A stretch of DNA of 64,000 bases. Origin: a virus. A program made the position numbers and the translations under genes. Location of the stretch: positions 1,675-65,674 of the IMG/VR virus record IMGVR_UViG_3300021371_001301; one strand, 5' to 3'. Under the pieces are notes generated by a model. It searched no databases. It saw only the letters and a list, made by a program, of their open reading frames with translations, and was not told the DNA's origin. Shown one piece after another: positions 11,599 through 21,160 of this stretch (position 1 is the first letter of the stretch; each line of letters opens with the position of its first letter).

Positions 11599-12516
11599 AT
11601 GCCATACACAATAGATTATTCAGAAAGCGGCAAGACGCCAATAGTAGTAAACGACGGTACTGTTGATACTAGTACTAGTTTAAAACTAATAGGTAAAAAT
11701 TACAACAGGTTTGGTGAGTATCTTAACGAAAACTTACTAAACTTGCTTGAAAACTTCGCAGGAGCATCAGCACCAGATAATCCAACTGAAGGACAACTTT
11801 GGTACGATACATCAGAAAGCTATTTAAAAATATATGAGGCACCTGAATGGTATACAATTGGATCACCAGCCGGAAATACTCGTATGGAAGTAAGAACAAG
11901 GCTTGACACCAACGGCATATCGCATTATACTATTGAAAACATTGTTGATAGTGTTATTGTTACTATACTTGTAGACGATACAACTGCTTGGACGCCAGCA
12001 AGTACAGAATACTTGGAAGATGGTGTAACTGAATTGAGTACACAGTTTCCAGTTATTCAAGCTGGCGTAAATATGAACACAACAACAAATTTTAAGTTTA
12101 GAGGTACTGCAACCAGTGCAGAGTATGCTGACCTTGCAGAAAGATATCACGCAGATGAAGTATATGAGCCTGGAACAGTAGTAAAAATTGGTGGAATGAA
12201 CGAAATAACACAAACATTTAGCAGATGCGACACTAACGTTTTTGGCATCATATCTACAGCACCAGGATTTGAAATGAATAGTGCAGCCGGAACTGACGAA
12301 ACACATCCTTATGTGGCACTAGCAGGGCGTGTGCCATGTAAAGTAGTTGGAAAAGTTAGAAAAGGTGACAGACTAGTTACTAGCATAGTTGCTGGACATG
12401 CTGCGGCAGTAAACATGACCGAGGTGCTTGATTATCGAAATATTATTGGGAGAGCTCTTGCAGATAAAACCGATGACGGTGAAGGTTTAATCGAAGTAGT
12501 AGTAGGAGCAAAGTAA
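11599..12516 (+). CDS. Tail fibre/baseplate-attached protein with C-terminal intramolecular-chaperone-like domain
   Basis: N-terminal MPYTI..DGTVDTSTSLKLIGKNY..ENLLNLLENFA..P.NPTEGQLWYD anchor. C-terminal YADLAERY..GTVV..GIIST.PG..VALAGRVPCKV.G..KGD.LV resembles a peptidase G2/IMC-like domain. RBS AAGGA present. Confidence 0.65.
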   Translation: MPYTIDYSESGKTPIVVNDGTVDTSTSLKLIGKNYNRFGEYLNENLLNLLENFAGASAPDNPTEGQLWYDTSESYLKIYEAPEWYTIGSPAGNTRMEVRTRLDTNGISHYTIENIVDSVIVTILVDDTTAWTPASTEYLEDGVTELSTQFPVIQAGVNMNTTTNFKFRGTATSAEYADLAERYHADEVYEPGTVVKIGGMNEITQTFSRCDTNVFGIISTAPGFEMNSAAGTDETHPYVALAGRVPCKVVGKVRKGDRLVTSIVAGHAAAVNMTEVLDYRNIIGRALADKTDDGEGLIEVVVGAK

Positions 12517-12517
12517 T

Positions 12518-13639
12518 ATGCCAGTATCAGCAGGTACATTAGTACTAGCCAGTGAATACAACGCAGTTGCAGAACTAGTCAACAAGATTTTTGGTGACAA
12601 GTATGCTGCTGTTCTCGTCACTGATGCTGATCGAACCAACCACAAGTTTGGTTGGGGTGCAGTCAATATTGAAGACGCACTAACTGACGGTACACTAATT
12701 ACTGCTGAACGTTTACAAAGTATGGTTAACCGTACTAACGTTATGGTTGACCATGTTAACATTAATGATACAATATTAGTTTTTAGTGTTCCAGCAAATC
12801 GTACAGACATACTAGCAAAAACTTTAATACGTGCAGAAGATTTAAATGTTTTAGAAACAAAAGTTAACAATAGTATACTTACAAACAACACCCATCTTAC
12901 AATTGACCCAACAAATGCAAGTTCGAACTTAGTAGCACCAAGTCCTACTTACGGTAGATCAACACCCTGGCAAAACTTTTTGGATGGTCAGCACAAATGG
13001 ACATTTAACAATTACAACCATGCTCGTTACTTCTTTAACAGTGGCGGCCAATTACGTTTAAATATGGAAATGACTGGAGGCAGTACTGCTGGTTATTATA
13101 ATTGGGCAGACATTATTAATGAAATTGGTGTTTTAAGTTTTACATGGGATAACACTTTCCAAAGTAGTAGTATTACACAAGGCACCAGTGAAGGCAAAGG
13201 ATTTTATGACTTAACCAATACATATCAACTATTGTTTACTAGTAGTGGGGTAACGGCGCCCCCTAGTGCATATGGCTACGGATATGGCTACGGATACGGC
13301 TATGGATATGCCGCTGCTGGAATGTATATACATGATAATGCATTTGAAAGTGCATATCCCTTGGGTGATTTTTCTGCATACGGTTACGGCGGCGGTTACA
13401 GTAGCTATTCTCAACGCTATATGAAACTTTATGGCAAATGGGCAGATAATGGTGCAGATGTTGACTTTAAAATTACATTAGACGATACAGCATTTGCACA
13501 ATTCACGGATGGCACTTTAGAAGTATCACCAAGTTACCTAATGCCAGAAATAATTACACTCAATGATGCAACCTTTGATGTTAATCCTGATCCTGTGTTT
13601 TCTATTATTGAAAACTTTGACGGTGTTGGTGATACTTAA
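12518..13639 (+). CDS. Virion structural protein (tail-associated) with Tyr-Gly repeat insertion
   Basis: N-terminal G..V.ASEYN..V.KIFGD..GWG motif of phage tail proteins. Internal SAYGYGYGYGYGYGY and SAYGYGGGYSSY. Confidence 0.55.
   Translation: MPVSAGTLVLASEYNAVAELVNKIFGDKYAAVLVTDADRTNHKFGWGAVNIEDALTDGTLITAERLQSMVNRTNVMVDHVNINDTILVFSVPANRTDILAKTLIRAEDLNVLETKVNNSILTNNTHLTIDPTNASSNLVAPSPTYGRSTPWQNFLDGQHKWTFNNYNHARYFFNSGGQLRLNMEMTGGSTAGYYNWADIINEIGVLSFTWDNTFQSSSITQGTSEGKGFYDLTNTYQLLFTSSGVTAPPSAYGYGYGYGYGYGYAAAGMYIHDNAFESAYPLGDFSAYGYGGGYSSYSQRYMKLYGKWADNGADVDFKITLDDTAFAQFTDGTLEVSPSYLMPEIITLNDATFDVNPDPVFSIIENFDGVGDT
13271..13309 (+). repeat. (Tyr-Gly)6-Tyr coding repeat
   Basis: tat ggc tac gga tat ggc tac gga tac ggc tat gga tat, in frame within 12518-13639 and using mixed synonymous codons. 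Confidence 0.95.
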
Positions 13640-13648
13640 AGATTCTGC

Positions 13649-13677
13649 TTGACTTTTACCTGATAAATAATTATAAT
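13649..13677 (+). promoter_or_regulatory. Sigma70-type promoter with nested late-like ATAAATA element
   Basis: TTGACT (13649-54), 17 nt spacer, TATAAT (13672-77). GATAAATA sits inside the spacer. RBS AGGAG at 13691, ATG at 13704. Confidence 0.8.
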
Positions 13678-13703
13678 AGCACATAACTATAGGAGAAACT
13701 CAT

Positions 13704-14051
13704 ATGGATGAGAGACTTGAACGTGCGTTAGAATTTGGAAACTACCGAACAACATTAAGTAACCAAAAGAAAAACGTAATTGCACGTATGAAAACCTTAC
13801 AAATTGTACACCACCAAGGTGGATCATTTGTATCATCGCCCATCAACATTGGATTTATACATGCATTAATTGCTGCGGGCAAAAAATCTAGTATTGTACT
13901 AGATAGTAAAGATAATCCAATTGAGATTAGTGATTTGTCTGAATTTTTAACTATGCTTATTGAATCTTATACTGAGGGAACAAACGAGTATAAAGTACAA
14001 ATGGATAAACTTAAAAAGTCAAGAAATATCAAAAAAATAATGGACTGGTAA
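13704..14051 (+). CDS. Conserved phage hypothetical protein (115 aa)
   Basis: Strong RBS and promoter, and stop overlaps the next start. No recognisable catalytic motif. Confidence 0.75.
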   Translation: MDERLERALEFGNYRTTLSNQKKNVIARMKTLQIVHHQGGSFVSSPINIGFIHALIAAGKKSSIVLDSKDNPIEISDLSEFLTMLIESYTEGTNEYKVQMDKLKKSRNIKKIMDW

Positions 14052-14956
14052 TGAGCGAAGATGATCGTGGCGTTTGTATGTTCGCATACAACAATGACAA
14101 AATAGATTATGTTAAGTTTGCACACATAGCCGCAGCATATGTCAAACGTAATATGAAAAATAACAAGACCTGTTTAATAACAGATAATGGAACGTACAGT
14201 TATCTTCAAGATAGTATACCAGATGATGTTCATAATCGATGTTTTGATACGGTTGTTGTAAGAGATGTAAATCATACAAGCAATCCACGTAGACATTATG
14301 ACAGTCCATGGACGGAGTTTAACGCACAATTTAGTAATAGTAATAAACACGAAATTTTTGAGTTAACACCCTTTGAACAAACTATATTGATTGATACTGA
14401 TTACTTTATCATGAATGATTTTTATGACAACGTTTTTGAAACTGATCATCCAATTGGTATGCACAAGTATGCACATTATATGGAACATCAGCCTCCTTAT
14501 TTAAATGAACAACAACTTAATGAAGCAGGTATCCACCACTGGTGGAGTACTGTTGTTTATTTTGATCAAAGTTATGAAAGTAAACTACTATTTGACATGT
14601 GGGCGCATGTTAAAGACAATTGGGATTACTATCATTTGTTATATCAATTTCCTCCAGGCCTCTTCCGTACAGACTTTTGTGTAAGTATTGCAGCACACAT
14701 GATGAATGGATTTAATACAAATGAGTTTGTGCATGATTTTGACAGACAGCCATTAATTAATATGGACCAAAAAGATGATATCATTGAAGTTAAGAGTATG
14801 AATGATTATATCATCTTGTCGCATAACCGGAAAGAAACGTGGAAAAACATTCTTACCCGACATGTAGACACAAACCTACATTTAATGAACAAACTTGCAA
14901 TTGCAAGACATGCTGACATCATCTTTGATAATCTTATGAAAGGATGGCCTGAATGA
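14051..14956 (+). CDS. GT-A fold glycosyltransferase-like protein (GT8-like)
   Basis: N-terminal GVCMFAYNN..DY, PFEQTILIDTDY (DxD motif), WSTVVYF, RTDF. Confidence 0.6.
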   Translation: MSEDDRGVCMFAYNNDKIDYVKFAHIAAAYVKRNMKNNKTCLITDNGTYSYLQDSIPDDVHNRCFDTVVVRDVNHTSNPRRHYDSPWTEFNAQFSNSNKHEIFELTPFEQTILIDTDYFIMNDFYDNVFETDHPIGMHKYAHYMEHQPPYLNEQQLNEAGIHHWWSTVVYFDQSYESKLLFDMWAHVKDNWDYYHLLYQFPPGLFRTDFCVSIAAHMMNGFNTNEFVHDFDRQPLINMDQKDDIIEVKSMNDYIILSHNRKETWKNILTRHVDTNLHLMNKLAIARHADIIFDNLMKGWPE

Positions 14957-15825
14957 GTAGAGGATTTGTATTACTTGGTATTAACACTGAAGAAGATCGC
15001 ATCAGATTTGCATATACAACAGCACTTAGTATTAAGGCAAGCGACCCAAATGCAAGTATATGTTTAGTTGTAGATACTGATCAAGAGCTATCTAAGATAT
15101 ATGAGACAGCTTTTGACTTTGTAACAGAATTACCATTTGGTAATGTTGCGCATAAAGACGGATTTCATGGTGCAAATATTTGGCAATTGGTACACGCAAG
15201 CCCGTATGACGAAACCATATACCTAGATTATGATACTATTTTTGTTAATGTAGATGTTGATTTATTGTGGGAGCAATTCGAGCATTATGATATTGCAATA
15301 CCAGCTAACGCAAAATCATTCCGTAATGTTAATATTGACAAAAGAAGGCTATTTGAGTTTGAACTAAAATACGACTTCCCTACAAACCATAATAGCTTTA
15401 TCTACTTTAAAAAAGACACAGAACTTGCACAACAATGGTTTAAAATGGCAGATCCAATCTTTCAAAATTGGAGAGATGTCTACAACTATACTATGGATGA
15501 CATGAAGCCATTAAGTTTTGACAAAAACGTTATTTGTAATATCATTACATACTTACTTGATTGTCAAAATGAAATTCGAGTTGATCTTAATAACTTTTAT
15601 GACTTTGATACTCAGAGTCAACACCTATGGAACAAGGATGTTCCAGAACATTGGACTGATTTACTTAACTATTGGTTCCCAGAAAACCGACAACTTATAA
15701 TTGAGAACAGTATTATTGGATCAGGAATAATCCACTACCGTGACTTTAAGTTTATAACAGATGAAATAAATGACAGATATAGAACCAAAATTGATATCGA
15801 TCGTCGGAGAGAAGCCACTTCCTAA
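14953..15825 (+). CDS. GT-A fold glycosyltransferase-like protein, paralogue of the upstream gene
   Basis: MSRGFVLL..ALSIK..ICLV, SPYDETIYLDYD (DxD), FIYFKK, IIHY. ATGA overlap with the upstream gene. Confidence 0.6.
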   Translation: MSRGFVLLGINTEEDRIRFAYTTALSIKASDPNASICLVVDTDQELSKIYETAFDFVTELPFGNVAHKDGFHGANIWQLVHASPYDETIYLDYDTIFVNVDVDLLWEQFEHYDIAIPANAKSFRNVNIDKRRLFEFELKYDFPTNHNSFIYFKKDTELAQQWFKMADPIFQNWRDVYNYTMDDMKPLSFDKNVICNIITYLLDCQNEIRVDLNNFYDFDTQSQHLWNKDVPEHWTDLLNYWFPENRQLIIENSIIGSGIIHYRDFKFITDEINDRYRTKIDIDRRREATS

Positions 15826-16762
15826 GTACTACGTGTACTTTGATGAGTGGACTGGCGAAATTAAAAACGTAGCCAACCGTTATAAAAAATCTGAGTTCCC
15901 GCATCTGCTAACTGAAGATAATGCCGCTGCACAGATATTAATGGGTGAGTTAAATCCTAAAAAATACTTAGTAAACGATACACCTGACGGTAGGTTTATT
16001 ATGCTAAAATCTGATATGCTGCGTATTCTTAAGCAAGAAGAAGCACTTAGTAAAATTATGGATGTACCATTGAGTGTTAATAGTGAAATCAACATTATTT
16101 TATATGTTGAAAGTTCAATGCTGGAAATTAACATTAACAGTGATACAGTTTTTCGTATGACTGGTACTCTTAAAAACAAAGGTAGGAAGTGGAGCAAAGC
16201 ACACAACATAAACAACAGTGTACTTTTATTCTACATTATTGAAAAGGACAACCCATTAAACTTGATACATACTATTGAGATTGATCCAATTGATTTAATT
16301 AACCAAGGGTACATGCTTTATGATTTAACAACTATTGTTAATAAAGTTGGATTGAGAAATGTTGATGTATTGACTAAAAGAATTTTTAAAAGTTATGGCT
16401 TGAAATTTAAATCAAAGTATGTTACATCAGAGTATCTTACAAGAAAAAACCAACGCAGAAACTCTCGAGTTATCAGCAAAACTTCAGACACGGCAACATT
16501 TACTGTTAGTCAATCAGTAGTAGGTTGGACCTTTAAAAGTAACTTTACGGATCCACATGAACATAAAATTTATCACGATATTAACATATACGTAACTGGA
16601 ACAACGCCGTTTGAACTGCGTGATAAATTTACTATACCTTATACTGAAATCGGACATGGTAAGGAATTTATACACGATAGCGAAATAACCTTGGATGGGG
16701 CCAACGTATTGTTGGGCGAAGAAGGAAAGAATATTACATTTAATTATGAGGAAATAGAATAA
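15770..16762 (+). CDS. Hypothetical protein
   Basis: 330-aa ORF tiling between GT genes, no motif recognised. Start uncertain (56-nt overlap). Confidence 0.6.
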   Translation: MTDIEPKLISIVGEKPLPKYYVYFDEWTGEIKNVANRYKKSEFPHLLTEDNAAAQILMGELNPKKYLVNDTPDGRFIMLKSDMLRILKQEEALSKIMDVPLSVNSEINIILYVESSMLEININSDTVFRMTGTLKNKGRKWSKAHNINNSVLLFYIIEKDNPLNLIHTIEIDPIDLINQGYMLYDLTTIVNKVGLRNVDVLTKRIFKSYGLKFKSKYVTSEYLTRKNQRRNSRVISKTSDTATFTVSQSVVGWTFKSNFTDPHEHKIYHDINIYVTGTTPFELRDKFTIPYTEIGHGKEFIHDSEITLDGANVLLGEEGKNITFNYEEIE

Positions 16763-17745
16763 TGTCAAATATGGTAAGTATCAACGATTTTGATATAGTA
16801 TACATTAGTTATGACGAACCTAACGCTGATGAAAACTATGCAGACTTATTGGATAAGTGTCCATGGGCCAAGAGAAGCCATGGAGTATGGGGTAGTGATG
16901 CCGCACATAAAGCAGCCGCCGCCTTAAGCGAAACAGAAAGGTTTGTAACTATCGATGCTGATAACATTGTTAATGAAGATTTCTTTAACATCGAGCTTGA
17001 CATGGATAAAATTCAGCCTAATCACGTTATTAGTTTTGCTGCAAAAAACAAAGTTAACGGACTAGTGTACGGTAACGGTGGTATTAAAATGTGGCCCGTA
17101 CACGTAGTTAATAAAATGCGTACACATGAAGCGGCCCCAGTAACAGACAAGCGAGCACAGGTTGACTTTTGTTGGAATATACAGTATGTTCAAATGAATA
17201 ACTGGTATAGTTGGGTGTATAATAATGGCAGTCCACTACAAGCATGGCGTGCTGGTTTCCGTGAAGGTGTTAAAATGGGTTTAGAGAATGGTGACGTTGT
17301 TGAATCACACCAACTTAAACATATCCATCGTGAAAACTATAGACGTTTATTGGTTTGGATGACTGTTGGCGAAGACACTACCAACGGACTTTGGGCTATC
17401 TATGGAGCAAGACTAGGATGTCACATGACTAATGTACTGCGTCATGAATGGGATTGGAAAAATGTTAGAGACTTTGAATGGCTAACTAATTTTTTCAATG
17501 ATGAACTTGCTCCACAATTTGCTGATGGTACTGAACTATGTCCACGTACTGGATATAGTTGGGACAAAGATAAGCTAAAAGCAAAAACTGTAGAACTTGG
17601 TAATGATATACGTAGTCAACTTGGGCTTGAAATATCAGATATCGGCGTCGATGGTTCGAGGTTTTGGAAAACTGTATACCGCAATCCAGCTAGGTTAGGT
17701 CCACAGATTAAAGAAGATCAAGTTGAAGATAAAATAGAGAGCTAA
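16762..17745 (+). CDS. GT-A/GT2-like glycosyltransferase (phage family)
   Basis: DIVYISYDEPNADENY..GV.GSDAAHKAAA..ETERFVTIDADN (DAD), NGLVYGNGG.K.W, AWRAGFREGVK. Confidence 0.6.
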   Translation: MSNMVSINDFDIVYISYDEPNADENYADLLDKCPWAKRSHGVWGSDAAHKAAAALSETERFVTIDADNIVNEDFFNIELDMDKIQPNHVISFAAKNKVNGLVYGNGGIKMWPVHVVNKMRTHEAAPVTDKRAQVDFCWNIQYVQMNNWYSWVYNNGSPLQAWRAGFREGVKMGLENGDVVESHQLKHIHRENYRRLLVWMTVGEDTTNGLWAIYGARLGCHMTNVLRHEWDWKNVRDFEWLTNFFNDELAPQFADGTELCPRTGYSWDKDKLKAKTVELGNDIRSQLGLEISDIGVDGSRFWKTVYRNPARLGPQIKEDQVEDKIES

Positions 17746-19611
17746 ATGACAACTATCCAACAAATTGCGGAAGATACAGCGATTGCTCTTGATGATATTT
17801 CTGATACCATGTGTATGGCAAAATGGCTTCAAGTAAGTATGCACTTACCACAAGGTATGACACAGAGTTGCTATCATCCTCCTACACATGAAGTTCCATT
17901 ATCTGAGTTGGAAGTAACACCAAAGGCACTTCACAACACCGTTCACAAAGTATTAGAACGAAAAGACATGTGGGAGGGAAAACGTCCTAGTGGCTGTAGC
18001 TATTGTTGGAATATTGAAGATGCTCCTGAAGGTCCACATTTGAGTGATAGACATTATCGCAGTGGCGAATGGTGGGTTACTGATGCTTGGAACGAAGTTG
18101 TTGATGGTGAATGGGATGAAAACATCAACCCCAGATATGTAGAAGTAAATTTTAATCAGGCCTGTAATTTTAAATGCACGTATTGTAGTCCACACTTGTC
18201 AACCGAATGGGAAAAAGAAATTGAAGAACATGGCCCAATTCAAATGGGAGGAAAGATTCATAATGATATAGGTCAATTAGTTGAGAGTGGATTAATGCCA
18301 CTTGAAGTTTCTAAAAAAGATAATCCATATGTAACAGCCTTTTGGGAATGGTGGCCTGACATGTATAAAGACTTAAAGGTATTTCGTATGACTGGCGGCG
18401 AGCATCTTATGGATAAAAATACTTTTAAAGTTCTAGATTATATTGTGGATCATCCTAATCCAGATTTAGAACTTAGTATTACTAGCAATATGTGTCCTAC
18501 TGACCAAAAGCTATTTGACAAATTTTTAGCAAAAATAGTTGAAATTGAAAGCGATGTTACTGAAGACGTAGTTGAAGAATGGACTAACGCTGGATTCATT
18601 AAGTCAGTACGTTACTATGCTAAGAATAATGGACACCCTGATTGGACAACATGGGAAAGAAAAATAGTTAAACAGCCTGGATATAAAGATTATCCTGAAA
18701 TTGACCCCGGGCTTGAGCGTATTGATTTTAACAAGATACAACGAAAGTTTCCAAATGGTAAAATGTTACACTCAAACAGTGGAGACTTCTTGTATGATTT
18801 AATTTGGTTTCGTGCAAACGAACGGCAACAATGGAATTGTCTTGGTAGTTATGATACTGAAAAGGAAGGTAATGAAGGTATATCACTTGACGTTGCTCGT
18901 ATGAATAACTTTATGTTATTTGTTAGTTTAGATAGTGTTGGCGAACGGGCAGAATATATTAGAACTGGATTAGAGTTTAAACGCTTACAAAACAATGTTG
19001 AACAGTTTTTGGATAACACTAAGAACACTGAAGTAACATTTATCAATACCTTTAACTTTTTAAGTATTACACGATTAGAAGACTTTTTAAAATACATGCT
19101 AACGCTTCGTCAAAAATATGCCAATGAAAAAGGTAACCGTGTTCATTTTGATATTCCGTATCTTAGAGAACCAAAATGGATGAGTGCACAACTGGCTGCA
19201 TTTTATCCTGATTTGATGAAGGTACTGGATCACTGTGATAACTTTATGCAATTACATTTAACTAAAGATAGTTATATTGGTTTTGAAGTACACGAATTAG
19301 CAAAACTTCGTCGTGATATTGCTTGGATCAAGTCAGGGAAAAAAGAGATAGATGACGAGGAATTACTCGAGCGTCAAACACAGTTTTATCTTTACTTTGA
19401 AGAAATAGACAAACGCCGTAATGTAGATTTCCTAACCACATTTCCTGAGCTGCAAGAAATTTATTTTGATATGGCAAGAAAATGTGGTAGAGAAATTATT
19501 GATATTGAAGAAGAAGATACGATTGAGGTTGAAGAAATAACAACTGAAAAAAATACAACAACAAAACCAACAATTTGGAATAAACTCAAAGGATTGATAC
19601 GTGGCACATAA
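17746..19611 (+). CDS. Radical SAM protein with N-terminal twitch-type Fe-S domain (#1)
   Basis: CNFKCTYC motif, TGGEH, N-terminal CMAKW..SCYHPP..CSYCW. Has a large internal insertion and an acidic C-terminal tail. Confidence 0.9.
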   Translation: MTTIQQIAEDTAIALDDISDTMCMAKWLQVSMHLPQGMTQSCYHPPTHEVPLSELEVTPKALHNTVHKVLERKDMWEGKRPSGCSYCWNIEDAPEGPHLSDRHYRSGEWWVTDAWNEVVDGEWDENINPRYVEVNFNQACNFKCTYCSPHLSTEWEKEIEEHGPIQMGGKIHNDIGQLVESGLMPLEVSKKDNPYVTAFWEWWPDMYKDLKVFRMTGGEHLMDKNTFKVLDYIVDHPNPDLELSITSNMCPTDQKLFDKFLAKIVEIESDVTEDVVEEWTNAGFIKSVRYYAKNNGHPDWTTWERKIVKQPGYKDYPEIDPGLERIDFNKIQRKFPNGKMLHSNSGDFLYDLIWFRANERQQWNCLGSYDTEKEGNEGISLDVARMNNFMLFVSLDSVGERAEYIRTGLEFKRLQNNVEQFLDNTKNTEVTFINTFNFLSITRLEDFLKYMLTLRQKYANEKGNRVHFDIPYLREPKWMSAQLAAFYPDLMKVLDHCDNFMQLHLTKDSYIGFEVHELAKLRRDIAWIKSGKKEIDDEELLERQTQFYLYFEEIDKRRNVDFLTTFPELQEIYFDMARKCGREIIDIEEEDTIEVEEITTEKNTTTKPTIWNKLKGLIRGT

Positions 19612-21145
19612 AGATTATTTAACTGGTGCAGAGTTAACTAAAGCAAAGCTAGACGAGTTGTCACCGACAATGTGTATGGCAAAATGGCTTCAAGTAAGTA
19701 TGCACTTACCACAAGGTATGACACAGAGTTGTTATCATCCTCCTACACATACAGTGCCATTGGCTGAATTAGCTGAAAATCCAAAAGCATTACATAACAC
19801 CACTACAAAAGCAAAACAAAGAAAATTAATGACAGAAGGCAAACGTCCTTCTGGATGTCAATACTGTTGGAATATTGAAGATGACGGAAATCTAAGCGAC
19901 AGACATTATCGTTCAAGTGAATGGTGGGTAGAAGACGCTTGGGATGAAGTCGTACAAGGGGGTTGGGATGAAAACATCAACCCTAGATATGTAGAAGTAA
20001 ATTTTAATCAAGCGTGTAATTTTAAATGCACATACTGTAGTCCGCACCTAAGTACTGAATGGGAAAAAGAAATCAAAGACTTTGGTCCATTCAGAATGGA
20101 TGGATTTGTACATAATGATATGGAGTATTTAGATAGTATTGGGCTAATGCCAATTGCTGGAAGGAACTCAGAAAATCCATATATTGAAGCATTTTGGAAA
20201 TGGTGGCCAGAGATGTATAAAGACCTAAAGGTGTTTCGTATGACTGGCGGTGAGCCGCTTATGGATAAGAATACATTTAAAGTCCTGGACTACGTGAACA
20301 AAAATCCAAATAGCTTATTGGATCTAAGTATTACTAGTAATATGTGTCCCCCAAATGATAAACTATTTGATAAGTTTCTGGAAAGTTTAAAAAAGATTGA
20401 GGAAGTTCGTGTATGGGAAAATCCTGAAAAGATTAATCCAGATAGTGGTAACAATTGGTATGTTGCCCCTGCATGTAAACATTTTAGTTTGTATGTAAGT
20501 GTTGATAGTGTTGGCAAACAAGCAGAGTATATACGAACAGGTCTTGATTTTGATAAGATGCTAAGTAATACTCGTAGGGTACTTCGTGAAACACAAGGTA
20601 CAGAAATTAGTTTCATAAACACATTTAACTTACTAAGCATACCAGGTTTAAAAAAGTTTTTACAAATGATTTTAGATTTGCGTGTCGAGTTTGGTTATCA
20701 AAATCAACAAGAACATGTTACACAACCTCCAGATAGAGACGGGTTTAAACACCCTGAGTTTGTACGTGGTAAAAGACAACGTATTTGGTTTGACATTCCC
20801 TACTTACGTGAACCTATTTGGATGAGTGCACAAATAGCAGCATTTTATCCTGAACTAATTGACATATTAGAAGAATGTGTTAGATTTATGGAAGAGAATG
20901 TTGAGAAGAAAAATTACAACAGAACCTATCATGGATTTAAGCAATATGAAATTGCAAAACTAAAACGTGATATTGCCTGGATTAAGTCAGGTACAAAAGA
21001 GATAGATGAAACGGAGTTAATACACCGAAAAAATTTATTTTGGCAATACTTTAATCAAATTGATCTCAGACGTGAAACAGACTTCATTGATGTTTTCCCT
21101 GAATTGGGAAATTGGTGGAACGACTGTTTTGATGTAGTAGGATAA
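19601..21145 (+). CDS. Radical SAM protein with N-terminal twitch domain (#2), tandem paralogue of #1
   Basis: CNFKCTYC, TGGEP, CMAKW..SCYHPP..CQYCW. GTG start. Confidence 0.9.
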   Translation: MAHKDYLTGAELTKAKLDELSPTMCMAKWLQVSMHLPQGMTQSCYHPPTHTVPLAELAENPKALHNTTTKAKQRKLMTEGKRPSGCQYCWNIEDDGNLSDRHYRSSEWWVEDAWDEVVQGGWDENINPRYVEVNFNQACNFKCTYCSPHLSTEWEKEIKDFGPFRMDGFVHNDMEYLDSIGLMPIAGRNSENPYIEAFWKWWPEMYKDLKVFRMTGGEPLMDKNTFKVLDYVNKNPNSLLDLSITSNMCPPNDKLFDKFLESLKKIEEVRVWENPEKINPDSGNNWYVAPACKHFSLYVSVDSVGKQAEYIRTGLDFDKMLSNTRRVLRETQGTEISFINTFNLLSIPGLKKFLQMILDLRVEFGYQNQQEHVTQPPDRDGFKHPEFVRGKRQRIWFDIPYLREPIWMSAQIAAFYPELIDILEECVRFMEENVEKKNYNRTYHGFKQYEIAKLKRDIAWIKSGTKEIDETELIHRKNLFWQYFNQIDLRRETDFIDVFPELGNWWNDCFDVVG

Positions 21146-21160
21146 AGAAAGACATAAACT

